Assembly: GCF_964355755.1 (NCBI RefSeq)
Contig: NC_092670.1
Location: 19,268,795 to 19,332,794 of the forward strand
Origin: Antedon mediterranea
Taxonomy: Eukaryota > Animalia > Echinodermata
Direction: 5' to 3'
Length of the DNA: 64,000 bases
Shown here: positions 1-13,001 of the stretch, in pieces
Position numbering within the stretch: the stretch's first letter is position 1
Layout: every line of letters begins with the position of its first letter
Notes under the pieces: model-generated
Databases searched by the model: none
The model's input: only the letters and a program-made list of their open reading frames with translations
Told to the model about the DNA's origin: nothing
Position numbers and translations under genes: made by a program

Positions 1-797
1 TCATAGTATCTTTATTTTTCCATTTATAAGTACGTTAACAGAAATTTGTTTTGAAAACTGGCATATTATATAATATCAATAGAACAGTAAAAATACACAG
101 AAAAATAGCACTACAACAACACAAAAGAATCTCAAATAAAAAGTGGCTAAAAGATTAAAAATTACAAGCCTGTGTATAAGTAAGATATTTCCTATGTACC
201 GAAGTGACATGAAACCTATTCACCTGGGTTAATAACTAAGCTTGAACGAGCCCTATGAACTTTTACTATGATTTGATTGTCTTATTATCTACTTTTAAAA
301 CATTTCATTATTTCTGTACACTGTTTTATATCTATCAGTATACAAATATTTACTGACTTCGGGATATAGTATAGTCTCCACCCGAGTCTCCAGGTCACTA
401 AGGACAATGCAATAAATATTTCTTCATATTTCTGTCTCGCTAAAGGTACTAAATTTTCTAAGTCAACTCATACACAAATTAATCATTGTAGGCTATAGAG
501 GCTAGGGCTAGCTACGCAATCGTTGCGCATGTGGATTTTGATTGTATTGTATTAAAGAAGAAGATAGAGAAAACAGACATGCACAGTTTAGCCGGGTTGT
601 AGATCGAGGGCATGACAATAACTATAGACCAGAGATTAACCAATCGGATGCCGTCAACTGAAAGGTTCCGGAATATAATTTTTAATGGATACTTGTCAAA
701 TTTAGCTTAATGGTACCGGCTTTAAATGTGTAGATTGTGTAGTTTGATTAAGTTGATCTATTTGAACACCTTTATACTTCACGATGTAATTAACTCA

Positions 798-1150
798 CTG
801 TCGCCAGCCATTTAACACACATCAAACACAGCGAATGAACTATGTATACAAACTCGACGCTTATTATTATTGAATAAAAGCTTTTAATGTATTGTTTTAC
901 TTGTTCACTTAAGTTTCTTCTCCATTTTTAAGGTTTAGTTTGGATTGTCAGATGCAAGGACACTCTTAATCATTGTTAACAATGTGTGGTTACCATGTTA
1001 CATGTTGCCAGCCACTCTATACACTTCAAATACAGCGAAAGATCTGTACATAGAAATAATGTTGTTATTGAATGAAAGCTTTCACACCTGTATATTATTT
1101 TAAATGTTCACAATTTTAATGATACTGCTTCTCCATTTAAATTAGTTTTA
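798..1150. repeat. Degenerate tandem duplication of a ~210-bp unit (2 copies)
   Basis: 'gccagcca...acagcgaa...ttattgaat.aaagcttt...cttctccattt' occurs at ~800-940 and again at ~1005-1150. Confidence 0.6.
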
Positions 1151-1176
1151 GTGTATTAGGTTAAAAAACACTCGTA

Positions 1177-1295
1177 AAGCTCTGTCTACACTACAAACTA
1201 GTTCGACACTAAAGTGTGATGTGCCCACATGTGGTAGTGATATGGTCAAATATGGTAGTGATATGATATCATCATGTCCATATATGGGCACATCT
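1177..1295 (+). mobile_element. MITE family A (TIR AAGCTCTGTCTACACTATCAAAC; PIF/Harbinger-like), partial copy
   Basis: Shares its terminus and the GTGTGATGTGCCCAAATATGGTAGTGATAT core with copies at 2049-2147, 24747-24825, 46803-46928, 58428-58497 and 63450-63556. Confidence 0.7.
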
Positions 1296-2147
1296 TTTTT
1301 TTTGTATCTTACTACATATATTTTTTTAACTAACAACTTGCTTATAAAGCTTAATGAAACTGTTTATATAACCACTCTCAGGAAATCCTTTCCCACCACC
1401 CACACTGATAATATAATAAAATTCAATTTTTATCAAAATGTTGCTAGTGTATTTGAGACTTGTTATTTCGTTTATCATCATGAAATGTCATCATGTTGAA
1501 ATTGTTTTTAAAAATTAATAATTTATTTACAAGTTCACATAATTATCTTGTCAGTTTTAACACCATTTGCCCACATCTAATATTTTCTTGATGCCATATA
1601 AATGACCATTATGTTCAATACATGACTGCTTTAATAATATGATAACAAAATTATTAGCAACACATTGCTATAATAGAGTTACATGACAAAAGGAACAAGG
1701 TTAATCAATTATTTCTTGTCTTTTTAATGGCATGATGTACTTAGTTGTTATAGTAACAGTAAAATATGGGACATAACAATGATAATATAACATCCCATTT
1801 TTTTTTTATTTCTCTAATAAAATTCCAGTTTGATTCTTCTACAATGTCTCCCTTATTCGTTTAGACTATTAAAGTAAAACAATAATGAGTGTGGATTCTT
1901 CTGAGATACTGTTTGAGGTAAATTCCCACCTTTTGACAGCTAAAATAAAATGATCAACTTTTGTTATTATTATCTTTTTTTTTTTTTAATTATCCCTCAT
2001 TTTCTTGACCCGCCTTGGCTAACTCTTACCTGCCTTCCAAAATCATATAAAGCTCTGTCTACACTATCAAACTAGTTTGATAAACAAAAGCGTGATGTGC
2101 CCAAATATGGCAGTGATATCCCAAAATATGGCAGTGATATTCCCAAA

Positions 2148-2272
2148 TGAATGAATGATAAAAGTTTATATTTCAACTTGGCTTCCCCTCGTTGCAATAT
2201 AACCTTTCATCATTCACCTCATGCCATTATTTGTACGATTACATTCATAAACATTCATTATTTTGTATAATA
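2148..2272 (-). mobile_element. Partial palindromic Crypton-like non-autonomous element, same family as 61076-61972
   Basis: 'tataacctttcatcattcacctcatgccattattttgtacgattacattcataaacattcatt' is the reverse complement of the 61085-61150 arm. It abuts a family A MITE fragment at 2049-2147. Confidence 0.6.
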
Positions 2273-2469
2273 TTGAAAGAACGCTTACAAATAGTTTGCA
2301 AATAAATGATATGTACAATAGGTTGTGATATAATTTACAAGATCATTTGAAACTTTTCTACTAATCTTCTTTTTTTTTAGGTGGGAGGGGGTTACCACCA
2401 GTGCTCTTTTGGTAATACTTTCATGTTATTACACTGGAGCATTATTCGTTTTTCACTTGTTTTTGACAG

Positions 2470-4863
2470 GAGGAAGTCTATCAAAAGACGGCTAAAATTT
2501 TAATAGATGATGTCACCGAGGGGTTGAATGCTACAGTTTTTGCTTATGGAGCCACAGGTGAGATTTCTGTGTTTTTTTTTTTAACAATCACCATTGCAAT
2601 ATTGTTTAATATCGTAACCTACTTTTGAGTCCGTGTTTACTTTGTGTTCTGTCAGAGATATAAGATGATATTAATTGTTATAAAAACACTCCAAGTTTCT
2701 AATAATAGCAAGGATATTAAATTGCAATATTGTGGTTCTTCGGATAATCAAAATTTAATTGATGATAATGGAAAGAAAACATACGGAACTAATTAAAAGA
2801 TGCTTTGAAGATGAAATTAATCGATATTGGTAAATTTAAAAAAAACAAGACTTAGAAAATGCATGACTATGATTAACTTTCCTCTACAGTAATTATCAAT
2901 ATTAAATTGACTTTTTAAGATGATATTTAATAAATTATTAAAATGCATTATTTTAATGAATTAAAGGATATTAATTGAACTTTATAAAAATATGTAAATT
3001 GAAACAATCTAAAGTAGAATGACTATTAGTATTGTAAATATTGTTTTGTTAATTAAAAAAAAAGAATTAGAAAATGTATGACAATGACTAAGATTCTTCT
3101 GCTGTAATTATCAATATTGAATTAACTTTTTATGATGAACAATTAATAAAGTGCATTATTGTAATGATTGATATTAAACTTTATGAAAATATGTATTGAA
3201 ACAATCTTATAGTAGGAATACTATTATAAATAATTTTCATAATGTTGCTGTTGTGTACAACAATTCTAAATTCTTGTAAAATACCCATATTCCAATTTCA
3301 GCATCTAAGTCCCAATCTTACTGTATGCATCATTTTACTTCTCATAGGTGATGTAAAATGTACTCTAAATGAAACTTACATATATAATTTGAAAGTAAAA
3401 ACCTGATTTTATAATCAAATTATTTCTGATCCACAAAACAAATTAGATAATTATCTTAATAAGCTTTCAGATGAAGCCTTGGAAAGGCATGTAAAGTAAC
3501 TTGATATTTGTCTAATGGTCAACCAAATTACGATAATCAAATTAAGAATTAAGACACAGTAAGAACCCTATGCAGGAGATCCATAGCTTAGTTTACTGAT
3601 TACTTGTTCAAGTATTTTTAGGATCTTGTCTAATCTCCTGATTCTCTGTGCAATTAGGCAGGTCAGAAGGTCATACACGGCATGTTCGGGGGACAAACCA
3701 TACATTGTTCTAAGGGAATTTGTCTGAATTAACTAGGCTTGTTGGGTTAAGACCCACAGCTGGGGAGCATTAAGCCCAGATAAAACATAGCTCAGTAGGA
3801 ACTCTGTTTCTCTAGGTCAGTGTATTTTCATGTTCTTCCTTCAAGTTTAAGAAAAATAAATGTTATGAATTTAGTCCATTGTTTCTGTTGATTGTAACTT
3901 CCGTTAATGTTCTTTCCAAATTAGATAGTTTTGCCACTTAATCTTGATATGAATCAATTCATTATTACCGTATATCGTCTGATATAATCCCACCCCCCTA
4001 CTTTTTGGGGTGAGACTAGTATACCCGGGGAAACCCTGGTTCAGGGAAAAAAAATTATTGGTAAGCATTTCTTGTAAAACCTCACCTGAACTCGCTAGAC
4101 AGAGGCTATACATCAGACCATAAGTCAATACTGGGACTATACTTAAAGTAGGGGGGTGGGGTTAGACCTGAAGTGGTATTATACAGTACTCGAGGATATA
4201 CAATAATTGATAAAGAAAAGTTACTACAGTATTAACTAGAAAGCCACTCCGGGAGTGCATACCTCCGCCTACAGTAAAATTCTCCTACATCAGATTTCTC
4301 CGGTATTAAAAAAAAATATATATATATTTGTGTGTGTCTTAATGCTGTTTCTGATTTAGGCTAATTTCACTACAAGCATGTGTATGCGAGTTTGGTGTAA
4401 TGGTTATGTAACAAGCCTTTCAACAATTAACAATAGCTTCAGTTGACTAACAATAGAACAGCAACGCGAAAATCAAACGAGTGAATTTGAAAAGAAATAG
4501 GTTTTTTTAAACTACTCGCATAAAAAAACGTGCCCATTAAATCAAATTATGTTTTAAAATTACGAATCAGAAATTATAACTCTTGCCTCTTGTAGAAAAA
4601 TGAAGTTTTTTGGACAAGTAGTTTTCGAGAAAATGCAATTAAAGTTTACTTGTTACTTTAAGACTGCTCGCCGGCTTTTGAAAAAATGTTTCCTATCTTT
4701 TAACACTAGTAGGTCTGAAAAGTATACTAAAAATTGGTCAGAATTGGGACCGTGGTCCGAAATGGTCCCAAAATTTAATGGAATTGTCCTTGACCACATA
4801 TCTATCTGTACATTCATTTTGGTAAAGATCTTGTAATTACTTTTTGAGTAATCCTGCTAAAAA

Positions 4864-4938
<75 letters not shown>

Positions 4939-7900
4939 AACAGACAAACATACAAACATACAAACAGACAAACAGACAAACAGACAAACAGACAAACAGA
5001 CAAACAGACAAACAGACAAACATACAAACATACAAACATACAAACATACAAACATACAAACATACAAACATACAAACATACAAACAGACAAACAGACAAA
5101 CACACGCTACCGATTACATATACCTCCTTGGCGGAGGTAAATAATCAATGTACATATAAAAATGCAATATTTTATGCTAATTTAGAAAAAAGATTGTACA
5201 TTCAAGTACAAAGAAAAGGTATCACACACTGTTTTGTATAATGTTGTGTAATAAAACTGTGGAGAAATATAATATTATAAATAAATAATTTGTTCTTTAT
5301 ATGATAGGTGCTGGGAAAACGTATACAATGCTTGGAACGGATGATGAACCAGGAATTATGGCACGTACGCTAAACGATCTTTTCAAGGCAATTGAATCCA
5401 AGAGTGAAGACAATATTTATAAGGTCACAATGTCATATTTAGAGGTCAGTTAATGACATTTTCTACATTAACTCTTGCAATTCCGGCCCATGAGTCTGGT
5501 TTTCAGAATGTATTATAATGACATACAGTAGTAGGACCTTCGGGACCTTAATAGATATATAGTTTATTTATAATTTGTTGTGTATTTCTAGATTTATAAT
5601 GAAATGATCCGAGATTTACTGAATCCCACGGGAGAAGTACTGGAACTACGCGAAGATGCTTCCGGAAATGTACAAGTTGCTGGCATATCTGAAATATCAA
5701 CACGTTCTACACGGGAGGTAATAGAAAATTGTTATTAATTAGGTAGTCTTTTTTACTCCAACTAATGACTTTTTGGTTTAAGCAGCATTTGAAATTCAGT
5801 AGTGGTATCGGAAGAGAACTTGGATTTGATAAAAAGTTGTTTTAGTCCCCTTTCTGCACTATTTGAAGACAGTAGAAGATTGTCTCCTGTGGCTATATTC
5901 TCCATTTCCACTTTTAAACATAAAATTTTGAAAAATCTCCAATCTAAGTGAATACAATTTAAGGAAAATACTTAAATATTTATTGAGTTAAGTGAAATAC
6001 TTAATATTTAATGGAAATACTGTATTTTATCTGAAGTGTAATTGGTGAATAGGGCCACAGGTGTGCTGATCTGGGTAGGCACTGCACTGTGGCTGATATG
6101 TGTTGGTAGACGGCTTAATCCAAATTTCATCTGAGGACATACATCCACATTTTAATATTACAGTATCGTAATACTTCTTTCTTCATCAGATTATGAATTT
6201 ACTGGTACAGGGAAATAAAGAACGTACCCAAGAACCCACAGCTGCTAACAAGACCTCATCACGTTCACATGCTGTACTACAAGTTACTGTCAAACAACGC
6301 AGTCGTACTCGCAACATATCACACAGTATAAAAGTTGGCAAACTGTTCATGATAGACTTGGCTGGCTCAGAGAGGGCATCGCATACCAAAGTAAATGTTT
6401 AACAATTTCTGTTAATTTTTTTTTCAAATGAAACAACAGTCGGCAAGAAACAGTAATCTTCACCAAATCTTTTTTTTATAGAATCGGGGCAAAAGAATGA
6501 TAGAAGGAGCCCATATTAATCGTTCACTACTTGCTTTGGGCAACTGTATCAATGCTTTGTGTGAAGGGGGCAAGTATGTTAACTACAGAGACAGTAAAAT
6601 TACGCGCCTATTAAAAGTAAGTCTATTCATATTTTTAGTCTCTATATCTAATCTTTTGTGATCATTATTTTTTTTTTCGTTTTATTTTTTCACTAAAAAT
6701 GTTATAAATATTGCATTGCTAATTTTACAGTTCACAATAATAATTTGTCTTTACAGGATTCTCTTGGTGGAAATTGTCGAACAGTGATGATAGCTCACCT
6801 GAGCCCTGCCAGCTTATATTATGAAGAGTCTAGGAACACCTTGTTGTATGCAGACAGGGCTAAAAATATTAAAACCAAGGTACCTTGTTGTAAATTTCTA
6901 TATTGCTGATCATTTTCTTTGTTGTGTATTCAACCATTATTACAAATATCTGTGTTATGTTTGCAGATAAAATTGGTTAAAAAAATTTGCATAATTTTCT
7001 TCCCAGGTACGGCCAAACATGATGAGCGTGTCTTATCACATTGCTCAGTATACCAGTATTATTGCAGATCTCAGAAAAGACATCTTAAGACTTAAGTCAA
7101 AGATCACAGACCAGGAGTCTGAGATACAGAAAACAAAGTCCACATCAAGGATTCAAGAAATACACTGTAAGGGGGAACATTTTACTGCGGAAGGCCTATA
7201 TCTTGTATTTTCGTATTTAGTATAATTGCAGTTTTTGACTTCAATTACCTCAACACTAATGATTCCATTGTATACTGTCAACTGGTATATGTAGTTGTCA
7301 CTAACCAATAAAAATTCACATATCAATCCCATTTTTTATAGTGGGCTTGATATTTGTATTTTTATATGGTTAGTGACTATATGTGATATTTTTATATTTT
7401 ATATTGTGAAATTGTTTGGAAACAAATTTTTATATATTTCTAATGGCTAAATTACATACATACATACTGCTTTTTATTATATATTTATATTTTCCATAAA
7501 CTATGAGCTCAATGTAATTGCCTTTTTAATGAATAACTTTGACTTTGACATCATTCTATTTTCTTACAGCTGAGGTAGAAAGAACTTCAATCATGCAAGA
7601 TCGCAGTGAAATGGAGCGGTTACGAGACCTGCTTACCGAGAACTTTCAGAAGCGAATGTTGACTCGGCAACAGTTGATTGAATTGGAATCTCATCGGTTT
7701 GCACGTGCCATTGACAGTAATAAGTACATAAGTATTGTAGCCGGGTGAGTAGGCTTTTTTATCAGAAAACACTGCATGTTTATGTAATAGACTCCAGTAC
7801 TCAAAAGCAAGGCTCACTATTGTTTTAATTACATAAGATAAAAACAAATTACTCTACTTAAATTAAAACAAGGGATCATTTTATTTGCATTTTAATTTTT

Positions 7901-10231
7901 AAAAAGATTTGAGCAAGAAAGAACAAGAAAAGCAACTCATAGCAAAAGTGATCGCAAATACAGTATGCGAAAAGATTTGGATAGTGACGACAATGAAAGT
8001 CTTGTGTCGGAGCCCATGGAACCATTAGAAGTGACAGTGGCTCGTGAAGAGGTCGCAAAACTAATGGCACAACAAAATCATTGGAAAGATCGAAGTCAAG
8101 AACTACAAGAAAAAATAAAAGATTCACAGGAGATTTCAATACGTTTGGAAGCTGAAATGCCAAAGCGCGTAAGCAGCCAAGAACAACGTGAGATTTTACA
8201 AATGCTATGCAAAGTTCATGAGCTTGAGATCGAAAACATGGAATTGAAATCATTTGCTCTATTGCATCAAAATGTTATACGTCAGAAAAATGTGACAATC
8301 TCACAATTCCAGATGAACAAAAATCTCAGCGAAGCAATTATACTACAACAACGAATGCTGCTCACTGACAACGGTGTTCACATTCCAAACGAACTTGAAG
8401 AAATGTACGAAAAATATTCTCAATTAACAATCGAGGACCTAACAGCAATAAACGATGACAATTCTATTGAGAACCAGTTAGAACGTGCTGCATCTTTGTT
8501 AAACATCCGTGCTTCGGAACCGTATTCATATGGAAAAGAAAAAACTGATTTACCAGAAAAAGAATCGCCAGCAAAAGTTGCTAGTCAACCAAGAGTTTTC
8601 AATATTAGTCCGAAATCAAAACAGATTCGTGAGCATGCCATTATGGCAGGTCTCTCGAAGCTGCAGGTTGAGACCTCAAGCGATACGAAATCATTGGCGA
8701 AAAGTTTAATAGATTTGAATGAACATCCCTTCAATAACGACTTAAAGACTGATACTGACCAATCAAGATTCAGTAAGTCAATGCAGAGTCTGGATAGTAT
8801 AGATTCCGAAACTGAAGGTAATGACAAAAGAGAAATTATGAGAAAAACTCATAGAATAGCTCTTGTGGCAGCAAAAAGAAAATCAAATCAGTTTAATAAA
8901 TATGACAAACGAAGCTTGCATAACGAGCGAGGGATTCTGGCTCTGAATTCAGTACATGAACTCACAGAGTCAGATATTGAAAACGATATTATGGCTTCTT
9001 TTGTACGTCCTACAAAGGTCAACAGATTGCAATCCAATGTGAACCCATTTAAGATGTCTCCATCAGCTACAATGATCAGTGAAAGGTCAGATGTTGTTTC
9101 CATGACATCTTACAATAAAGGGGTTCCAGGATCAAGAATTCGCTATCCAAAAGTTTCACCAAGGAAACAAATTGATGAAAAGAAGAGGGCCAGACGAGTT
9201 TCTGAACATGTACAGGTAGGAAAACAGATGTTTATTATTTGTATAACAGAAGTTCAATTATATTTGTCCAGTATAAATTATTTTTTGCTTATTGATAGAA
9301 ATTTAATTGCTTCACACTATTACTCAAATGTTTTTTAATTGTAGGGTACACAGTCAAAAACTGCTGCCATAAGAGCTAGGCCTTCTAATTCTGAACCACA
9401 TATACAACCAAAAAGATCAATTCAAAAGCCGTACAACTGGAGCCAAGAGGGCCGAACTCGAGGTCCACCAAAGGCTACTAAACATTCTATCAGGCTCAAT
9501 GCAGGTAGAATCATTTGAAACAGTTTCTTCTATCCTACTCACCTAATTTCTGTACTGTCACTCTGAAGAATTATGCTTCCATCTATTTCTTTCTTTTTTT
9601 ATTCTTCCCTCTTGTAATTTTTATTCATCCATAGCATTCTCATAAATGCAAAAAAATAAAACTTCAAAATACTCTAACTTCAATTTATATTGAATTTATG
9701 ACAATGGATTTTCTCTTCTTTTTAGTTGATCAAGACATCGGTCGCTTTGAAAGCATTGCAACACCTCCATCTATTGTTCACCAAGCCGGTACTGACAGAG
9801 GAAAAGGACAAACAATTCAAAAATCTTATCGAGGTATTGCTTCAGACAGTCTGTGTTATTTTTTCAATGTTGTTCAAAGATTATAGGCAATATTCCTATT
9901 TCTTTATACTGTATTTATGATTACAGTTAAAAATCTTAAAAACCAAAAAGTCCATTAATCAACTTAAATTAAAAAGTAATATAATATATAATAAAAACGC
10001 CAATCATTTAAATACTTCTTTGCTTAGGATTTGTATTACAATTTTCTAATTACAAGTCTTGTTATCGTAGTGACATCTGATAAACAAGATGGAACACCAA
10101 CAAACGGTAATCAGCATAAACGTTTAACAAAACGCAATACATACTCAGTGTCCAAGAACCAGCCTAACACTCTTGCTATATCAGGATTTACTATGCCAAG
10201 ACAAGAGAGAGTAGGAGGCAGAAAATACTAA
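2470..10231 (+). CDS. KIF19: Kinesin-8 family motor protein, KIF19-like (5'-partial; 12 exons visible, ~960 aa)
   Basis: Exons 2470-2557, 5308-5444, 5592-5717, 6190-6390, 6482-6616, 6757-6879, 7007-7166, 7570-7744, 7907-9215, 9345-9504, 9726-9833, 10071-10231; all GT-AG and phase-consistent. P-loop [14 protein letters not shown], switch I SSRSHA, switch [25 protein letters not shown] and [28 protein letters not shown]19-type neck ([16 protein letters not shown]) and coiled coil ([21 protein letters not shown]). Confidence 0.93.
3965..4200. mobile_element. Tc1/mariner-pogo-like MITE remnant (terminus TACCGTATATC)
   Basis: Homologous to 59514-59630 (shared 'taccgtatatc', 'ggttcagg.aaaaaa', 'ttcttgtaaaa..ctca.ctgaa', 'aatactgggacta'). 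Confidence 0.5.
4234..5141 (-). mobile_element. Non-autonomous Helentron/DINE-1-like (HINE) element with internal (GTCT)n-type microsatellite
   Basis: On the minus strand it starts TACCTCCGCCAAGGAGGTA (short hairpin), followed by the GTCT/GTTTGTCT/GTATGTTT microsatellite. It ends GGCGGAGGTATGCACTCCCGGAGTGGCTTTCTAGTT, i.e. a subterminal inverted repeat plus a 3' hairpin, which is the known HINE layout. Confidence 0.75.
4864..5101. repeat. Compound microsatellite (ACAG)n-(ACAAACAG)n-(ACAAACAT)n
   Basis: Directly visible; explains the spurious VCLS/QTDR ORFs. Confidence 0.97.
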
Positions 10232-10492
10232 GAGAGGATTAACCTTCTAGTGCATCTAGTTACTGAAAGTGTTGATGTTGTTTCAATCAAATACTCAAAA
10301 GTTTTGGATTGTAATGTAGTTTTTCAAGGTAGTACTGATGTACTAAGACAATTGATAGAGTGAAGATGAATTTCTGACGGCCCAACACTGCATGCAACAG
10401 TGTGGTTTGTTGCCAGTCTGCGTTGTGGAGAAAGAAATTATTAATTGACAAACACTTCAATTGACTTAACATTGTGAAAGAAATTGTACACA

Positions 10493-10650
10493 CAACTGTG
10501 ATGGAGAGAAGTTTACTGATGAAAAATATCTACATGCAACCGTGCTGAAGAGAATTGCTGATGGAAAATCTCTACATGCAACTGTGCTGGAGAGAAATTG
10601 CTGATGGAAAATCTCTACATACAACTGTGCTGGAGAGAAATTACTGATAG
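10493..10650 (+). repeat. ~43-bp minisatellite (~3.6 copies) in the putative KIF19 3' UTR
   Basis: 'caactgtgctggagagaaattgctgatggaaaatctctacatg' units start at ~10493, 10537, 10579 and 10622; AATAAA follows at ~10949. Confidence 0.85.
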
Positions 10651-12589
10651 ACCAACAACACTGGATTGATGCCAAACAATGCAGTATAATTACTGTTAGA
10701 TGGCTAGTATTAGAATTAAACAGTATTGGTTTTTACTAAATGCCTTGATTTTTTTAAAAGATCATTGAAATTATATTTTATTCTATAAGTGTTAAATTTG
10801 ATGAATATTTTTCATTTTTAAAACTATGAATTGTGAACAATATTTGTATTAATTTTAATCTTTTTAAAGAAAATATGCCAAATTATATAATAATAATCAT
10901 TTTGTAGAAAATTTACTCATATTGACATGATGATGCTTTTTTAAATTTAATAAAATAAGTGGTTCCGTCCAACAGACACCTACTATTGAAATGAATCTTC
11001 ATCTTCGTCATTATCATTACATATATCATCATCATTACATATTTCATCATCATCACTATAATCTTGTCAACATCATCATTATGAAAAATGCATTATTTCT
11101 AACACTTTCTACAAGGTTTTACACTTACTAGCTTTCAAGTGTTTTTTAATTAAAAGTTGTTTCATATAAAAATTATTGATTTATTGATGTTCAAACAATG
11201 AATATTCTCCAATACAAGATGTATTGTATAGTAAGAGACAACAGGTTGTTTTTAAACAGTTTAATTAAAACCACATTTTCAGTTACACGACATTATTCAA
11301 TTGTTCCAATTTCCAAAGTTCGCGTTTGATAATGAACTGCGCAATTGATTGGAATAGCCATTATATACAACCTAGGATGTAGGCCTAATATAGGCTACCA
11401 ACGAATATTGTTATAAGGCGTAACATATCTTATCATTTCCAGTGAAAAGATATTTCTAGTTACTATATCCGTCCATTTTATAATGGTTGCTACTTGCTAC
11501 AAAAAAACTCCTCTTTTGCAGCTTCAACTTCAACCCGGCTGTACTTTAAATACAGTGAAGACCATAAAATGGCACCCTTCAGTTATTCCCTGAAGCCTAT
11601 TATTTCCACTAGGCGAATTTGTTCGCGCGAATCGAAAGCGTCATGCTATGCGCATGCGTATTCGAGTTTCTGTCTGTCATACTTCCTTCTTCTTCTAAAG
11701 GCGGCAAAACTGATAAAGATACTTATGATATATTTTCTGCCGCAGATATTTTTTAACGATACTGCCAAAGATTCGATTTGTGAAAAGGATTGTCAAACAA
11801 TTGATTCAGTTAATACAGTAGTATAGATCATTAAGATCATTTTTTTAATAAGGTTAAACAAAAACATGAATTGTATCCATGGGTATTTAGTTAGGTACAT
11901 TTAGTAGTGCAATAATGTTATTTATAGTTTACTTACCGACCAATTCCAATTGGTAATTTGTATTTTATAGACTTGTTTTTTTGTTATATTTTTTCAAGGT
12001 ATCAGATAGAACTGGTTTTATTCAATTTAAAATATACGGTAACAATAGCGATTATTTAAATATAGGCCTATGCGTTAGTATTCGTTTTACACAATACACA
12101 GTAGCATCCAATAGGATTTGAAGCACACGTACTTCATACGCATGCTCGCAAAATGCTGTGATTGGTTCCGGGACCGTGTAGTTCCGAATAACCAAATTCA
12201 ACATATTGTACTGAAATAATATTATCATCTTTTCTATATTATGTTGTGGCTGATTTTGCAAAAATATTGGAAATCGTTGCTTTTCTGTCTGCCATCAAGT
12301 ACGTGTATACTTGAGTACAGTATTGGTCTTTATTGAAACAGAAAAGAGTAAAGTAAATAAATAGTTACAAAGAACTTAATTTATGCTATTTCAAAGAATC
12401 TTTTTATATACAGGTAATTATGAAATAGTTGACATTAGGTCAATTTAATTTTTAAAAATCAATTTATTACGAAATTATTATATACTATATTTTGACGATT
12501 GATTTCCTTGCTTGCAACTTTCAAGACAAATAAACACAGAAGTTAACAACACCTTGATAGAAAAGTTGGTAATTATCCCCGAAACCTCG

Positions 12590-12726
12590 ACTAAGAAATA
12601 CCGGAATGGTGTCCGGCGGGGGATAGTTTATTACCATTAGTTAAGGTCCTATGTAAAGCACCTAGAGGGGTCAGTGATCCATTAGGCGCTATATAAATAC
12701 TGTTTATTATTATTATTATTATTATT
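12590..12726 (+). mobile_element. 3' tail of a SINE/L2-type retroelement with (TTA)n tail
   Basis: 'tgtaaagcacctagagg...ggcgctatataaatactgtt(tat)n' resembles the tail of the SINE at 44525-44812. Confidence 0.55.
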
Positions 12727-13001
12727 CAAGGGTAATAGAAAGTTTTATTGATTGTTTAACTTTATTATGGACAAATATATTAATTTTAGTGTAAAATAAT
12801 AAACATTATTGATTTTCAATTGAGTATCAATGACTTTGGATAAGTTATTATTTATCACGACATGCCTACTTCTAAATACAAGCTGTTGCATTTAACGCAC
12901 TTTAAGTTTCGCCATTAACATTGACACTTTCATTGTCAGCAGCAGCTAGTCGTTGTCAACAGTGCGTTTCTCTTATATCTGGCTAAACGTCAATATAAAC
13001 A

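Noticed and set aside
4814-5140. Four overlapping ORFs (VCLS / QTDR repeats)
   Set aside because: They are translations of the microsatellite in a KIF19 intron.
11640-11662. NRF-1/P3A2-like site TGCGCATGCG as the protease promoter
   Set aside because: It lies in what looks like a TE-derived segment (ttccactaggcgaattt, related to ~40495-40515) 1.3 kb upstream; nothing ties it to the gene.
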